59,964 nt of DNA. Origin: Perkinsus olseni (Eukaryota). Where the stretch lies: NCBI GenBank assembly GCA_013115125.1, contig JABANN010000004.1, positions 124,001 to 183,964 of the forward strand. The letters run 5' to 3'. Positions 12,450-25,699 of the stretch are shown here, one piece after another (within the stretch, counting starts at the first letter, position 1; each line of letters begins with the position of its first letter). The notes below the pieces were generated by a model. It did no database searches and had not been told where the DNA came from. It saw only the letters and a program-made list of their open reading frames with translations. The translations under genes and the position numbers were made by a program.

Positions 12450-14427
12450 ACCACCTCTCTGTACAGTACCTGTGCTGTACTCTACCATTTCATCATCATC
12501 ATCTAATATTCTTATTATTATGAGCAGTCCTTACCTTCCTAGTCGTCCTAGTCGCTGTGACTCTACTACGACCTCGTCGGGCTGTAGTAGCCGTTTCTGT
12601 TGTTACCCTAGGTCTGTATACCCGTCGCCCTATCGTCACTATTATTGTCATTGCTAACGTCACTCGTCCTTCTCCACCTTGTCCTTCCCTCCATACACTA
12701 CGCTACCTGCTGTAGCCAAGAAGCGTAGGAGGGTACAGCAGCCCTTCGCTGTTGCTGGAATTCTCGTAGTATTTCTAGGCGTAATGTCGCTTTGTGACTC
12801 CAACAACGACTGCTATTGTTCCCTCTCTTGATGCTGATGCCCTTGTTGTAGCCATCAGTGTTACGGGTCGTAGAAATGGTAGTAGCATTGTTCTGTCATC
12901 TTGTGCATCACCGTCGTAGTGTCGTCAGTATCAGTCGTGTTTCTAGATCAGCCCCCTTGAATTGTGCATCTGTAGGCAGCAGGTAGAGTATCATTATTCC
13001 CGTTGGCCGCTGCCCATGCCCGCCACCTCCCCTCTTGCCTTCACTACCTCCCCTCGCAGTAAAAGAGTTGCTCATCCGGTCATACGGCTCAACTCCTACG
13101 TTACATCGTAGTGCTTGTTCGCCTCCCTAGAGGGAGTGGTATCTTCCTCCTTGCCAGACACTCTGATGAGCCGTATAATGGTATCAGCTTCAGTGGCACG
13201 TTCGATGAAGGCGCTCTACCCACCACCAATGGGTAGTACTACTACTGACTGTAAGCAAGGGACTCCTCTCTGTAGGATACAGGGCCACTCTATACAACGG
13301 AATATCTTCAACCCATACTCGACGATGAAGGCAAGCTCAATGTTCACAGCGGTCTCGAGGAAAGCCGCTGGTTGTCGATGTACTGATACTACCGGGTAGT
13401 TGTCGAATATGACAATCGTATGCTCCTCAGCATGCGACTCCTTCATAGCATCACCTACCGCAACTACCTTCCATGATGACCCACGTACAGCCAGCCCACA
13501 TCCATTACAGGGAAAAGCTTCTCTACCATCGGGGGATGACAGAGCTACTATAGCTGTCACTGACACGCGTAGTGGTGGCTTCTATTGTGTGCAGCGGTCT
13601 GTCCCACTTGGATTGTGACCAGGTGTCCCCAACACGGGAGAAGTACCACCGCCATTACTGCGGCGACTCAGAGTAACTGCAAGACATTACCAACGGGGCA
13701 TTGTTGGGTTCGACGGTCCTCTATACGAGGATACTGTGTTCTACAGTCAGCCAAGGGCCCACTTGCAACAAGTAGTGGTCATCTCCTAGGCATATCGTAG
13801 TGATATTCTCGCATCAGATACATCGCCGGAAGGACGTCCAGGATAGGGTCAGGTTAGAGGCGCTCAGTCGTCAGCGCAAGGTACGACGTGATAACTGACT
13901 AATAGGCTTTGGATGGTACTAATGCAGAGTGCCTCGGCAATAGGGGAGCCCCGTCACAAGTACACCCCTCTGAAGCCTGAGGAGGCCCCAGAGGGCTGGC
14001 ATGCTTGTCGAGGGTGGGATATACCATTGCAGACTAAACGTGTGGACCCAGTAGAACATCCTCAACGGTAGTAGAGAGCAGTTGGTGTAGTGCTGCAGGG
14101 AGGAGTGTCACAGGTTTTATAAAACGAAGGAACGGATATGGCCCAGGTTCGTCCCTACATGGGACATAGAGAGGGCGAGGGCACTGAGGAAAGCTGACAC
14201 TCGAGAGAGGAGTAGCACGGCATTAGCCTCGGATAGGTACTCTCTTTTGCAGGCGCGGATATCTTCGGTCAACGGTCGGCCTTCTCATGGCGTAATGAGG
14301 CCGATCGCTGTGGTCCATCGCAATCACATAGCAAGTGTACTGAGTCATGTTGTGTACCTTCTGGTTGATGTTCTAAGGAAGAGGGTGTTGAGTTGGTCCT
14401 AGTGTTCACACTAGGGAGTACGTTCAT
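12450..14427 (-). CDS. Hypothetical multi-exon protein (boundaries uncertain)
   Basis: Candidate first exons [10 protein letters not shown]...[29 protein letters not shown], plus ORF 13216-13566 and minus-strand splice-like signals. No family recognised. Confidence 0.35.
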
Positions 14428-14471
14428 CGCGACGCAGGCTTTTTCCCTTTGTACCTTCCCCCTTCACAGAA

Positions 14472-14908
14472 ATGATCATCCCTATTCGATGCTTCACTTG
14501 CGGCAAGGTAGGCTGATAATAATCCAAGGCTACCATCAGCACCATTTTCTCCATTCTGGGTGTCAGGTTATCGGCAATAAGTGGGATACTTACCTCAACT
14601 TGTTGCAGGAAGGGAAGTCAGAAGGTCAGGCCCTTACGGAGCTAGGCATGGAGAGGTCATACAACTAACACTATTCGAAAGATCAGTCATCACTCTACTC
14701 TCCCGAGTCTCCATGACTATTTTGTTATGGATTGCTCTCATGTACAGTGCTATACTCAGCTGGCTCATAGTATCCGTCCTTGGTGGCACGGTCATTGAGC
14801 TTCATCACTGTCGTTCTACTTAGATACTGCTGCAGGCGTATGTTGCTCACTCACGTGGATTTAATCGAGAAGCTATTGAACTATAACATCCTCGAGAAGA
14901 GGCAGTAA
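14472..14908 (+). CDS. RPB10: DNA-directed RNA polymerases I/II/III subunit RPABC5
   Basis: Three exons: [69 protein letters not shown]. Confidence 0.98.
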
Positions 14909-15070
14909 CTGGAGAAGCCTTCTCTCTGCCTGTTACTGGTATAATAAATAAATGACGAAGAAGCAGCAGCAGGAGGCCAAAACGTTATATACTTTCCCTC
15001 AATCATTCGTCCTCGAGTTTCAGTCAGTGGGGGGTAAAGGTCATTGGAATGAGTACAATCATTCAGTGTG

Positions 15071-18000
15071 ATGCCATCATCAGCATCAGCACCTCCCTCT
15101 ATCGTTGGTCCGACAGTACCTTCGGGCACCGGGATATCAGAGGGCGACGAGCCTAACCGTAGACGTGTACACACGGCAGTTGGTGGCCCAATGCGTAGCC
15201 CCATGCACGGTAATAGGCAGCAGCAGCAGCAGCAGCCGTCGCCGCCGCCGACGGCGTCGTGGTAGTTGTGGTTCTGACGAGCAAGTGTCGCGGTGTAGGC
15301 CGGGTAAGCACTACTGGAGATGATGAGGGGTCTCGTATCTGGCCACCTGAGCTACCCACGATAGAAGAAGGGAGAACCTCCTCCTACATGACACTGCCCT
15401 CTCATCAGAGCTGTGCTTCATCATCATCAACATCCCGTAGTAGTGTCCAGCAACCATCTCATATGGTAGTAGTAGTACTCGTAGGAAGATCCTCCTAGTA
15501 GAGTTATCCAGGTTAGCCGTGGATCGGTTGCCTCAGTGGTGTCAGCCCTAAGAAGGGGCTCTAGCAACTTCTTCGCTGAGCATGCAACCCATAGTGACGG
15601 CAGTAAATGGGAGAATGCGCTCTCGGCAGTGGCTAGGAGGAGGGCATCCTTGCAATTCCCTCTCAAGCAAGCAGAACAGCAACTTCCGTCCGGGGGTATG
15701 ATGCTCCTCAGTGCATAGGCTACTGTTGTTGTATTAAAAGGGATATACCTCAGGTGGATACGGCAGTGGCAACGACGCTGGCTATTCCAAGGCCGAGGCG
15801 GCTAAGCGGTTTCATCTGCCGCCCCCTGCTACAACGCCTCTACTGTATGAGAACTACGCATCAATGCATCAGGTGGAGAGTGCACCAACGGAACAGTGCC
15901 TCGATGGCGGCTTGCGTAGCTTCGTCAAGTAGTACGACGACCCTGGAGGTATTCTCGGGTAGATAGACTGTCGCAGGTATGATATGGATATGGAGGAGTG
16001 GGTGCTGGAATCTGGTACGCCACCAGAGGCTGTATCGTATCATGCTAAGGAGCAGCAAGATCACAGGAAGGATTGGGAGGTAGGTGGCAGCTTTCTCTCC
16101 TACCCCACTTACTCTCCTCCCTACTAGAAACTAGATGCGGAGACCCTCAGCCATCTCCTATCGGAGGGTAAGCTGATGCCCAAGCGACCAGGGAAGGGTG
16201 CCTATCGTAAACTATGGCTCATCATCATACTCACCAGCGTTATGGGTAATAAGAGGGTGCCTGCGGTGGCTATTCTTCCTCATCGTCATCACTATCTGTA
16301 GGTACGGTACTATCGGCACTCATTGATGCAGCAGTGAGGATGTTAGTGTCAGCGAAGGTACTAACAATACTCTCATTGGCATCACCGTCGCCGGCATCAT
16401 CGTAATCTCAGTCGGAGTTAACTACATGGTTGAGTGTATTGATTGATATACTCTTCGTCCTCTCTGCCCGTATGCTTATGATAGCCCAACCATTGGCTGA
16501 GGGCAGTGGTATACCCGAGATGAAGTGTGAATTGGGCGGGGCCAGCCATCTACTTGGGTAAAGCCTCGGCCGCCATTCCCTCTCCACTGCACTTCACTCT
16601 AGGTTCTTTCGTCCTGGCGTATTAGTGGCCAAGGCGATAGGTCTGATCTTGGTTATCTCTGCTGGTCTACCAGTGGGAGCTGAGGGTCCTATGGTACACA
16701 TTTCGGCCTGTATCGGTTCGTTCCTTCTGCGATTACCCTTCTTCGCCAGTGTACGGCAAATCCCCAACGTAAGTAGTGCGATGGCCTAGTCGATAGAGAC
16801 CCCAGCAACCCTTGCCAGACGCGACGTCAAGTGCTATCAGCAGCTGTAGCGACCGGTGTTGCTGCTATATTCAGAGCTCCCATCGGTGGGGTACTCTTCG
16901 CCTTAGAAGTCACTTCCAATCACTTCTTCATCAATACGTAATATTACTCGCCGCCGCCGCCTCCGCCGCCACTAGCCTTGGTCGCGTCCAGAGTACCAGC
17001 GGCGGCGCCCTGCTGCTGCAGGTACTGGATATGTCTTGTGGCGTCGGTCGTCGGTTCATTCGTGTTCGTATGTGTCAAGACGTCTCCTCTGGTTGGTCTA
17101 CGGCCCTTCATGTTTAGCGACCTACACTTCTCCAGCTACGAGTCGCCACTCCGGGTACTACTCTACAACTCCTGCTAGTCGGCTCATCAATCCTCACCAG
17201 GTCATCGGGTTTGCTGCCTATGGTGTCATCCTCGGCCTGCTCGGCGGCTACTTCATCAAGGCATTCGCTTACACTGGTCGCCTTCTAGCCGATTTCCAGA
17301 GGTTCTGGGCGACGCACCTCACCTTCAGGAAGGTAGTAGTTATTTTCTCTAATGGATGGGAATGTTGTCATCCTCTTTAGCGGCATATCGTACCCGGCAG
17401 AGGCCTTAGACAGGCCCAGAGAGGTCCCAATCGTCAATGGGTGGAGGACAGCGGTGCTGCCGCCATGGCTGCATCTTCGTCTACTGCCGATCGTCGAGGG
17501 AGTAGGCCAGTGCCATCTTGTGTTACATCGACATCCTCATCCTCCTCCTCGTTGTCTACAGGCCTCCTACCTCAGAGTGGTGATCCTAGTTTTGTACGCC
17601 CTGATGCAGTTAGTGTGTATCGGCGACGAGAATCGTCAGCACCATGGAATGAGGAGGTCCATGACAGGTCTACTACTCCACCACCGCCACCATCCATGCA
17701 TCAAGGAATACGTAATTGAGAGGTAGAAACTATGGAATGGTGATGATGGGTTGGCGTAGGTACGCGGCTGCTCCGAGGGTGGTATAGGCTGAGAGCTCCT
17801 AAACAGAGTTGTCTATTCTTCCTACTAGTCGTGTTCACCCTGCTCAACTCTGTTATATCTCGTGCATTGCCGCCCCTAGGCGATGCTCTACAGCCACAAG
17901 TAGGCTTTCCATACTATCGCCTCCTCATGTATCTCTCCTCCACCTTAGTTCCTAGCCTCGGTTCTTGGCTCTGACGAGGACTACCCTCTGTATCAATGGG

Positions 18001-19240
18001 CCCTATGTCTCCTATTCAAAGTAATACCAACAGCTCTTACCATCACTATCATCCTAACCCCTCCACCCTCAGTTATTTATCACGCTATTGGTCTTCAACC
18101 TACCACTACCTGCCGGCCTGGTCATACCGTCGTATGTACTGGGTGCCCTCATAGGCCGACTCACGTATGAACTCATGCCCTCTACTACTCCTGATGACCA
18201 ATTCGTAATATACCACACCACCACCATTCTCCTCGTTACCGTTGCCACCTAGGTTAACCCTTCATCATTGGGATTGGTCGGTACAGTGGCCTTTGCGGCA
18301 GCTGTTACGCAGAGTTTCTCACTGCTAGTGGCCATATACGAGGTTGCCCCAAGTGCGTTTGTGCATGGTCGGCTTCAGACATTTGTTCCTGTGTAGGCCT
18401 CGGTACTGGTGGTATGCTCCTGCCACTGTGTGTTGCGACGGTTGCTGGAGTCCTGGTGTCGGGGCAGATCTCACCTAGCATATTCGATGTCATACTTCTA
18501 CGGAAGAATCTCCCAGGACGTCCCGCATTGACTAATCAGCAGAGGTATAGTAACAGTCGGGTAGTGTTCATGATGCTCATTCTATTGAGCAGAGGGATGC
18601 TGCCTGTGTGTGCTGTGATGACCCCTGCTAAGGACATTCCTAAGATACAGGATGATGCGTGGGAGCAGCATCCGGAGAGTATAGACCCGGATGTAGTCAA
18701 TACTGTCTCTTCGCCGTTCATCATACCGGATTGTCCTCAGACACTCGACTGCCATCTTCCCAAGGTTCCCGTACTGTTATCGACTGAAAGCGGCCGTTCT
18801 ATACTGGTTGCTGCAGCTCCTGTTGATCAGTAATGTTACCAATCTCTACATCTACCTCGTATGCATCAGTCCTTGACAGACTACTGGAGCATTGTGGTGA
18901 AATGTCCCCCAGTGATTCAGCCGATGCTCTGTGTGACATGCTGCCATGGCTGGACGTATCCCCAATGACATGCCCACCGGATGCTAGCGTATTACAGATC
19001 TACGGTAGAATGGAGTACAACTCAGAGCAGGTAATAGCAGCAGTAGCCTCCTCGCCCCGCGCCTTCCCGACTTCCATCTCAGGTTTGTTTCGTAACGTTC
19101 CGTGGCGAGCTCCTCGGTGCGGTGACAGCAGAAGACCTTCTGTACAGGTGATGCTGGCCACAGTCCACAGCGGCCTCCCATGTCGGTCTGTTCAGGGATC
19201 CTGTAGTACCCATTCCCCCGTCCCCTTCATCTCAAGGTAG
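15071..19240 (+). CDS. CLC-family chloride channel with low-complexity N-terminus and probable CBS-containing C-terminus (ends approximate)
   Basis: [73 protein letters not shown]. Confidence 0.9.
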
Positions 19241-19797
19241 TAGTGAAAGATTAAGGAGGAGGATAGACGATGGGCTACACAATCATAATTTGCTAACTAG
19301 TTGTTTTAATAATAATCACTAACATCACCACCATCACCGCCTATATGTTTACCCACTATTTCATAACCATCATATTCAAAGGACTCTAAGCGTCGTAGTG
19401 AAGTGTCTCAGTCGTGCCAATATAAGCAGTCAGAAAGCTTTGTGTTGAGAAGTCAACAAGTTGGGCAACCCAACTGTAGCCTCATCATCGCGAACGTATC
19501 CACGACAGATTACCGTCTGCATCAATCACACTTCTCCCGTTCTATCACAACTTACAGCACAACAGTCCGCCGATGGCAATGGGAAACAAGGTTCAGTGAA
19601 CGTTGGCGATAACAGCGGCAGCAGCAGCAGCTCCTTCATCCGAGACAATCATCCACCATTCAATCCCTCCCGAGTTAATCGAGATAGTCGCCAATGTGGT
19701 AATGTTCTCTCATGACTCTTGTGGTGATTGCTCGAATGGTGCTACGAAAACATTGCTGTGCTGGCGCTGCTGTTGTTGTTGCTGCTCCATGAGTGAC

Positions 19798-22367
19798 TTA
19801 GTCTTCGAGGAGGAAGAAGTTGCCCTCGGCCTTCTGCTCCTTATCCTTCACGGAATCATACTTGTTGATTCTTGGCCTGTAGTTTGTAGGGTCACGACGG
19901 AAGGTGATCTCCAAGGATTTGAGGAACTTGTTCATACCCGTGACGAGAGTCTCAGGCGTGCTAGCCGTACATTCAACTCCTGGTTGGCCGTCATAGACTA
20001 CGACACGATCAGCAAGATAAGATGCCATGATGAAATCATGCTCTACGACGAATGCAGTCTTCTTAGCGTGAAGGATGAATCGCTTGATGACTCTGGCGGC
20101 TACAACACGCTGCTCGACATCAAGGTAGGCACTGGGCTCATCAATCAGATACACATCGGCAGGCTTGCCCAAGGCCAGTACGATGGCTACACGCTGGAGC
20201 TCACCACCTGGCAATGGAAGTGGCTATGAACAGGAGGAATGGAGGGTTGTGACTCTACCTGATAGGTTCTGTACATTCTGATCAAGCAGCTGATCGATGA
20301 GCATCGGACGAGTGACATCAGAGACGAATTGAGGATGCAAGAACTGTGAGCGGATCTTGGCGTGAAGTAGATCTCGGACCTGCATGATGAGAATAGCCAC
20401 AGAAATGAGCTGATGCTGTCCACGTCAGCTTACCGAGCCATCGAACTTGGCGTGGATGGTCTGGGGCTTATACGAGACGTTCATACGGGGAACCTCCACG
20501 TTGGACTCATCAGGCTTCAACAGACCAGCAAGCATACGGATGAAAGTAGTCTTGCCTGATAATATAGCAAATAGCGAGATGTAACGACGAGTGGGTATCG
20601 TTCTCACCTGTTCCGTTCTGTCCCAGCATAACGATGATCTCGGAGCTTGAGAAGCTACCCCCTTCGATATGGAGCTTGAAGTTACCCATGGTCTTAGTCA
20701 TAGCAGGATAGTCCTGGCTGTACATCCTCTTGCCATCATCGAGATCCGTGTTCTCTGATACCTTATGATGAAAAGGATAATAGAGAAATGATGATAAGGC
20801 TGACATGAAGCATTACCCTGAAGTTCAAGGCGACCTCACGGAAACGAAGATTCTCGGTGGGAATGAAACCGTCAAGGAAAATATTAATTCCTTCGCGGAC
20901 AGAGAAGGGCATCGTGACTACACCATATGCAGTGGGAGTACCCTGAGAGGTGATGATAGGACTGACAGTGGCCATGATGATGAGGATCATGGACTCTTAC
21001 CCATAGACAACAAATGTAATCAGAAAGATAATCCAAGACTGAGAGATCATGCTCGACCACAATGATGTAGTTATCGGAAGTCTGTAGGTCACGGATAACC
21101 TACGGAATGATGAATGAAGCATGAGTAGTCGATGGTGTGGTAGCAGTACATGTGCAGCCTCTAAACGCTGCCTGACATCAAGGTAGGAGCTAGGCTCATC
21201 AAACATATATACAGATGCATTCAACTCGCATACCACTGCAATGGCGAAACGCTGTAATTCTCCACCTGATCATGACACAAGGGGAATTAAGTGAACGGTC
21301 GACGGTGATGGGCAGGAGGTGACTTACCAGAAAGATCCTTGATATCGCGATCGACCAAATGCTCGAGATCCAAACGCTTCAGTAGCTCAGGGACTATATG
21401 TCGTTCATCCTTCCGGGCAAGAGTCTCCCCAACCTGATCAAAGATGTATGACACGGAGAGGGGCCCGACGGGTGTTACTGATTACCTTGCCACGGACGGC
21501 CTTGGGGATGTTGTCTACATACTGCGGCTTGATGGTTGCCTTTAGTTTATCCTCAAGGATTTTAACGAAGTAGTTCTGGAGATCAGATCCGCGGAAGTAT
21601 CTGAAGAAGGCAATGTGCCGAGGATGATGGCGGCGATGATGATGGAGTATTACTGGAGAATGTCACTCCAGTCCGGGGGGTTGTCGAATCGGCCAAGATT
21701 AGGCTTCAGCTTGCCGGATAGGATCTTCAACGCAGTGGACTTACCGATACCTAAGACACATACCCACTACTTTAGGACTACGAATTCTCGCTACGGTAAC
21801 GGTAATGATACTACCATTAGTGCCGACAAGACCGAGAACTTGGCCGGGACGGGGCATGGGCAGTCTATGCAACTTGAAGGTGTTAGGGCCGTATCTGGGA
21901 ACAGTTGGCCGTACTGATATGTACTATTATAGATTTGATAATACTACCTATGAGTGGTCTGGCCACTGAGGTCCTTGGGTAGATTGATAACAGTGATGGC
22001 ATCGAACGGGCACTTCTTGACACATATACCACAACCGATACAGAGAGTCTCCGATATCCACGAGACCTTGGCATGTCTATCAACCTCCACGCAGAACTTA
22101 CCAGTACGATTCACTGGGCAGTACCTTATAGCAGCACAGGTAATGCTATACACCTCCATACACCACAGCTGCTACTAGCAATCAACTACCCAGCCCCAGT
22201 ACTCCATGGCCTCCCATCGGATGGTACGTATCACCACCCACTTACTTTTTGCATTCAAGCTGACATTTCTTAGGCTTGCATCTATCCTCACTGACGATGG
22301 CGATACGTAGACGCTGCTCCTCTCCTGATCCGGACCCCTTCTTATCCTTTTTGTCCTTTTTACCCAT
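19798..22367 (-). CDS. ABCE1: ABCE1/RLI1 ribosome recycling ATPase
   Basis: [15 protein letters not shown], Fe-S motif [59 protein letters not shown]. Confidence 0.98.
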
Positions 22368-22734
22368 GGCAACAACAACTACCTCCAGCTGCTATGTCGA
22401 TATAACTCTCCAGGCAGACGAGAGCGACGCATCACGCGCCCGCCATCTTGATCGATTTACTTCCCTGGTATGTGAACCCTGCCTGGGAGTAACGATATTG
22501 ATATTTGAACGTCTACGGGTTTCGTAGATGGTCGGGTAGTTGGCTTCGGATGGTTAGTGGAAGGGGTTGAATGATAGATGTGATGTTAGTGTAGGATGAT
22601 AGGGGCTGTGGTAGCTTATCTCAGTGCTCGCATCAAAGGCTATAACTTCGTCGTTATTAGTTGGTAGTTGGTGGCATCATCATCATCATCATCATCATCA
22701 ACCGTCTCTACTACCTCTACACGTCAACTCATCA

Positions 22735-25462
22735 ATGTACTCATTCAAGGAGATACAGACGGTCATACCCGCCAAAGACATGGTGGATGTTGTCCTGAGG
22801 TAGTACAGGGAGGAAGAGGAGGAGGAGGAGGAGGAGCACAAGGGTCATCACCATACCCTTCAACGCTACTACGTTGGCATCATTGCTCCATCGTCAGTCG
22901 GACGCAGCGACGGACTCCCACCGAGGTGCATCCACAGTTTAAGATTACACGTATCCGAAGCTTTTACATGAGGAAGGTCAGCTTGAACCTAAGATACGTA
23001 TCAACCGGATCATTCTCCGGCTCTCGCAGGTGAAGTTCTGTCAAACAACGTTTAATGAGAAGTTGCAGAAGATCCTCGATGAGTTCCCCAAGATTGATGA
23101 TCTCCATCCTTTCTACGCTGATCTATGCAATGTAGGAAGCATCATCACCCCTCGCGTATCTTGATGGTACATGATGGCTCCGTTGTTATCAGGTCTTGTA
23201 CGATCGTGATCACTACAAGCTAGCCCTCGGTCAAGTGAAGTCAGTACAGTCTACTGTGGACAGTATTGCTAAGGATTACGTCAAGCTCCTCAAGTTTGGT
23301 GATTCACCGTAATAACCTTCGCTATCATTACTCGTTGCTATTGACCCTTCTGCTGTTATCAGGTATAAGTGCAAGATGCTGAAGAGAGCTGCCCTCGGTA
23401 GAATGTGTACGGCCGTGAAGAAGCTGTCAGCTTCTCTACAGTACCTCGAGGAGGTCCGCCAACATTTATCCCGATTACCACAGATCAATCCCCAGACTCG
23501 GACATTGATCATGACAGGGTCAGCTGCTGCCCCTACTGCCGCAGCCATCATACCGCACCACCCGTAGATACCCCAATGTTGGTAAATCCTCCTTCATGAA
23601 CATAGTCACCGATGCCAATGTTGATGTCCAACCTTATGCTTTCACTACTAAGAGCATCTTCGTCGGCCATATGGACTTCAAGTAGTGTATCCTCGGTGTA
23701 GTAGTATTCGGGGATGATGTCTCCATCGCGTCAGGTACACGAGATGGCAAGTGCTCGATACTCCTGGTATCCTCGACCATCCTCTGGAGGAGAGGAATAC
23801 CATCGAGATGACAGCTATCACAGCCCTAGCCCACATACCCGCCACTGTCCTCTACTTTGTTGATGTCTCCGAGCAGTGTGGATTCACCATCGAGCAACAG
23901 GTACTACCATATGAATTGTGGAAGTGGTAGTATGAATCCCTGCCAGGTGTCTCTGTTCCATTCTATCAAGCCGTTATTCAAGTCTAAGCCTCTATTGGTG
24001 GTGCTTAACAAGACTGATGTGAAGCCTTTGGATGAGCTCACTGAGGAGCAGAAGAAGCTTATAGCCTCGATCAAGTTGGATGAGGACAAGGCTCTGGAGT
24101 TCTTGCCAGCAAGTTGTCTCAAGAGGGAGGGGTAAGACGATTAGCGATAGCCCTCCGGTTAGAATCATCCTTCCCAGTGTTGATGCTGTTAAGAACCGCG
24201 CATGTGAGATGCTGTTGGAGCAGAGGATTGAGAGAAAGGTAGCTCAAAGCAGTAAGGTAGATGCCATCAAGAACAGGTAGTAGTAACAGCAACGAAGCTA
24301 TTACCAACTATCGCTGTCGACCTCTCGCATGCTTTCAGAGTCTACGTTACCCCCACTCAAGCGCGTGCTGACCGTCCACCCTGCATCCCCCAGGGCGTTC
24401 GTGGTCGCCAACAGCAAGATGAGCAGGTAACAGGAAGGGGAGTTTGCTGGCCAAACACTATCGTTATCTTCATCCGTAGGAGACGCTGCCTGATGCTGAT
24501 GTTGACGAGTCTCAGATGACTGAGAAGCAGCTTATGGAACGTCATGGAGGTGAGCGTTCGTCGATAGCCCGGTGAGGTAATTATCATGTCTGGACGATTA
24601 GGTGCCGGTGTCTACAGTGTTGATACTAGAAAGAACTGGGATCTCAAGAACGAGGATTGGAAGTATGATAATGTACCGGAGATTATGGATGGTACGCCTA
24701 TTATCATCGCTGGCCGCAGCAGCTTAGTCGTGCGCTCACCGATCAGGCCACAACATCGCCGATTTCGTCGATCCTGATATTGATGCCAAGCTGGAAGCAT
24801 TAGAGAGGGAGGAGGAGGCTCTCATGTGGGGCGATGCCGACGACACTGAGGAGCATCAACGGTAGTAGTCAAGGAAGCACTTGTATAAACAAGGAGTAGG
24901 CCATACATTCAGGTGGATGAATGCTAAGGACACTCTATCGCAAATCCACAAGAAGGTTGAACAACAGAAGTTTGAGAACAGACTTAACAAGAATCGCAAC
25001 CATTATGGTACTATCCGACGACAGCAGAAGCAGACTCCTGAGGAAGTCGCTGAGCATCTACGTGTCATTGGTAATAGTGCGGGGTGTGGCATAGAGAACT
25101 TCTAGGATGGTTGGTTATCGCTATGTCAGGTAATGATGATGTTGACACGGAAGCTCTGCGGTCGCGGGCTGTTCTTAAACGACGGAGGTCTGTCGCTGGA
25201 CTGGATGAGGAAGAACAGCAACAGCCTACTGCTGTTATATCCTCCTCCCTTAATGTAGTATCAGGAGCATCAGGTAGATCTACGATTATCAAGCATGGTG
25301 TATCAGGTTGAGGAGGCTGCCACTGCTGAGGTCATCAAGAGACAGAAGCAGAGGAGGCTCGCTAGAGATGCCAGGAAGGGAGAGGGAGATCATCATATCC
25401 CCGAGAAGAAGCCAAAGCATCTGTTCTCTGGCAAGATGGGCTTCAAGAGGGATCGTCGTTAA
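22735..25462 (+). CDS. NOG1: Nucleolar GTP-binding protein 1
   Basis: [70 protein letters not shown]. Confidence 0.97.
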
Positions 25463-25699
25463 GATGGCCACCACGTATCTACCAACTACTACTACTTGTA
25501 TTCTATCCTCCTCGACCATCCTTCTCGATGTCATCATCCGCCTGCCGACAGTATGGTGTTGACGCAGACGACTATCATCAGCATCATTGGCGTCCTAATC
25601 GCTCATCACCATCATCACGTTACTTGTACCTCTACTACCATAGCCATAGAGAAGGTTTCAACGTTGCTCAAGATACTGTGTTATGTTACACCAGTGTCG

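Noticed and set aside
13590-13640. LVTIQVGQ on the minus strand, resembling the tubulin/Misato N-terminus
   Set aside because: Internal position, and no following CGNQ or GGGTGSG motif.
14285-14330. Apparent in-frame TGA suggesting selenocysteine or readthrough
   Set aside because: Removed by using a downstream AG acceptor; no SECIS evidence.
19603-20229. Long antisense ORFs (here and at 42042-42665, 5333-5665)
   Set aside because: Shadows of ABCE1, RPS12 and MBOAT coding sequence on the opposite strand.
22438-22452. GCCATCTTG, matching part of the Perkinsus spliced leader
   Set aside because: Only 9 nt match; no full SL, donor or Sm site.
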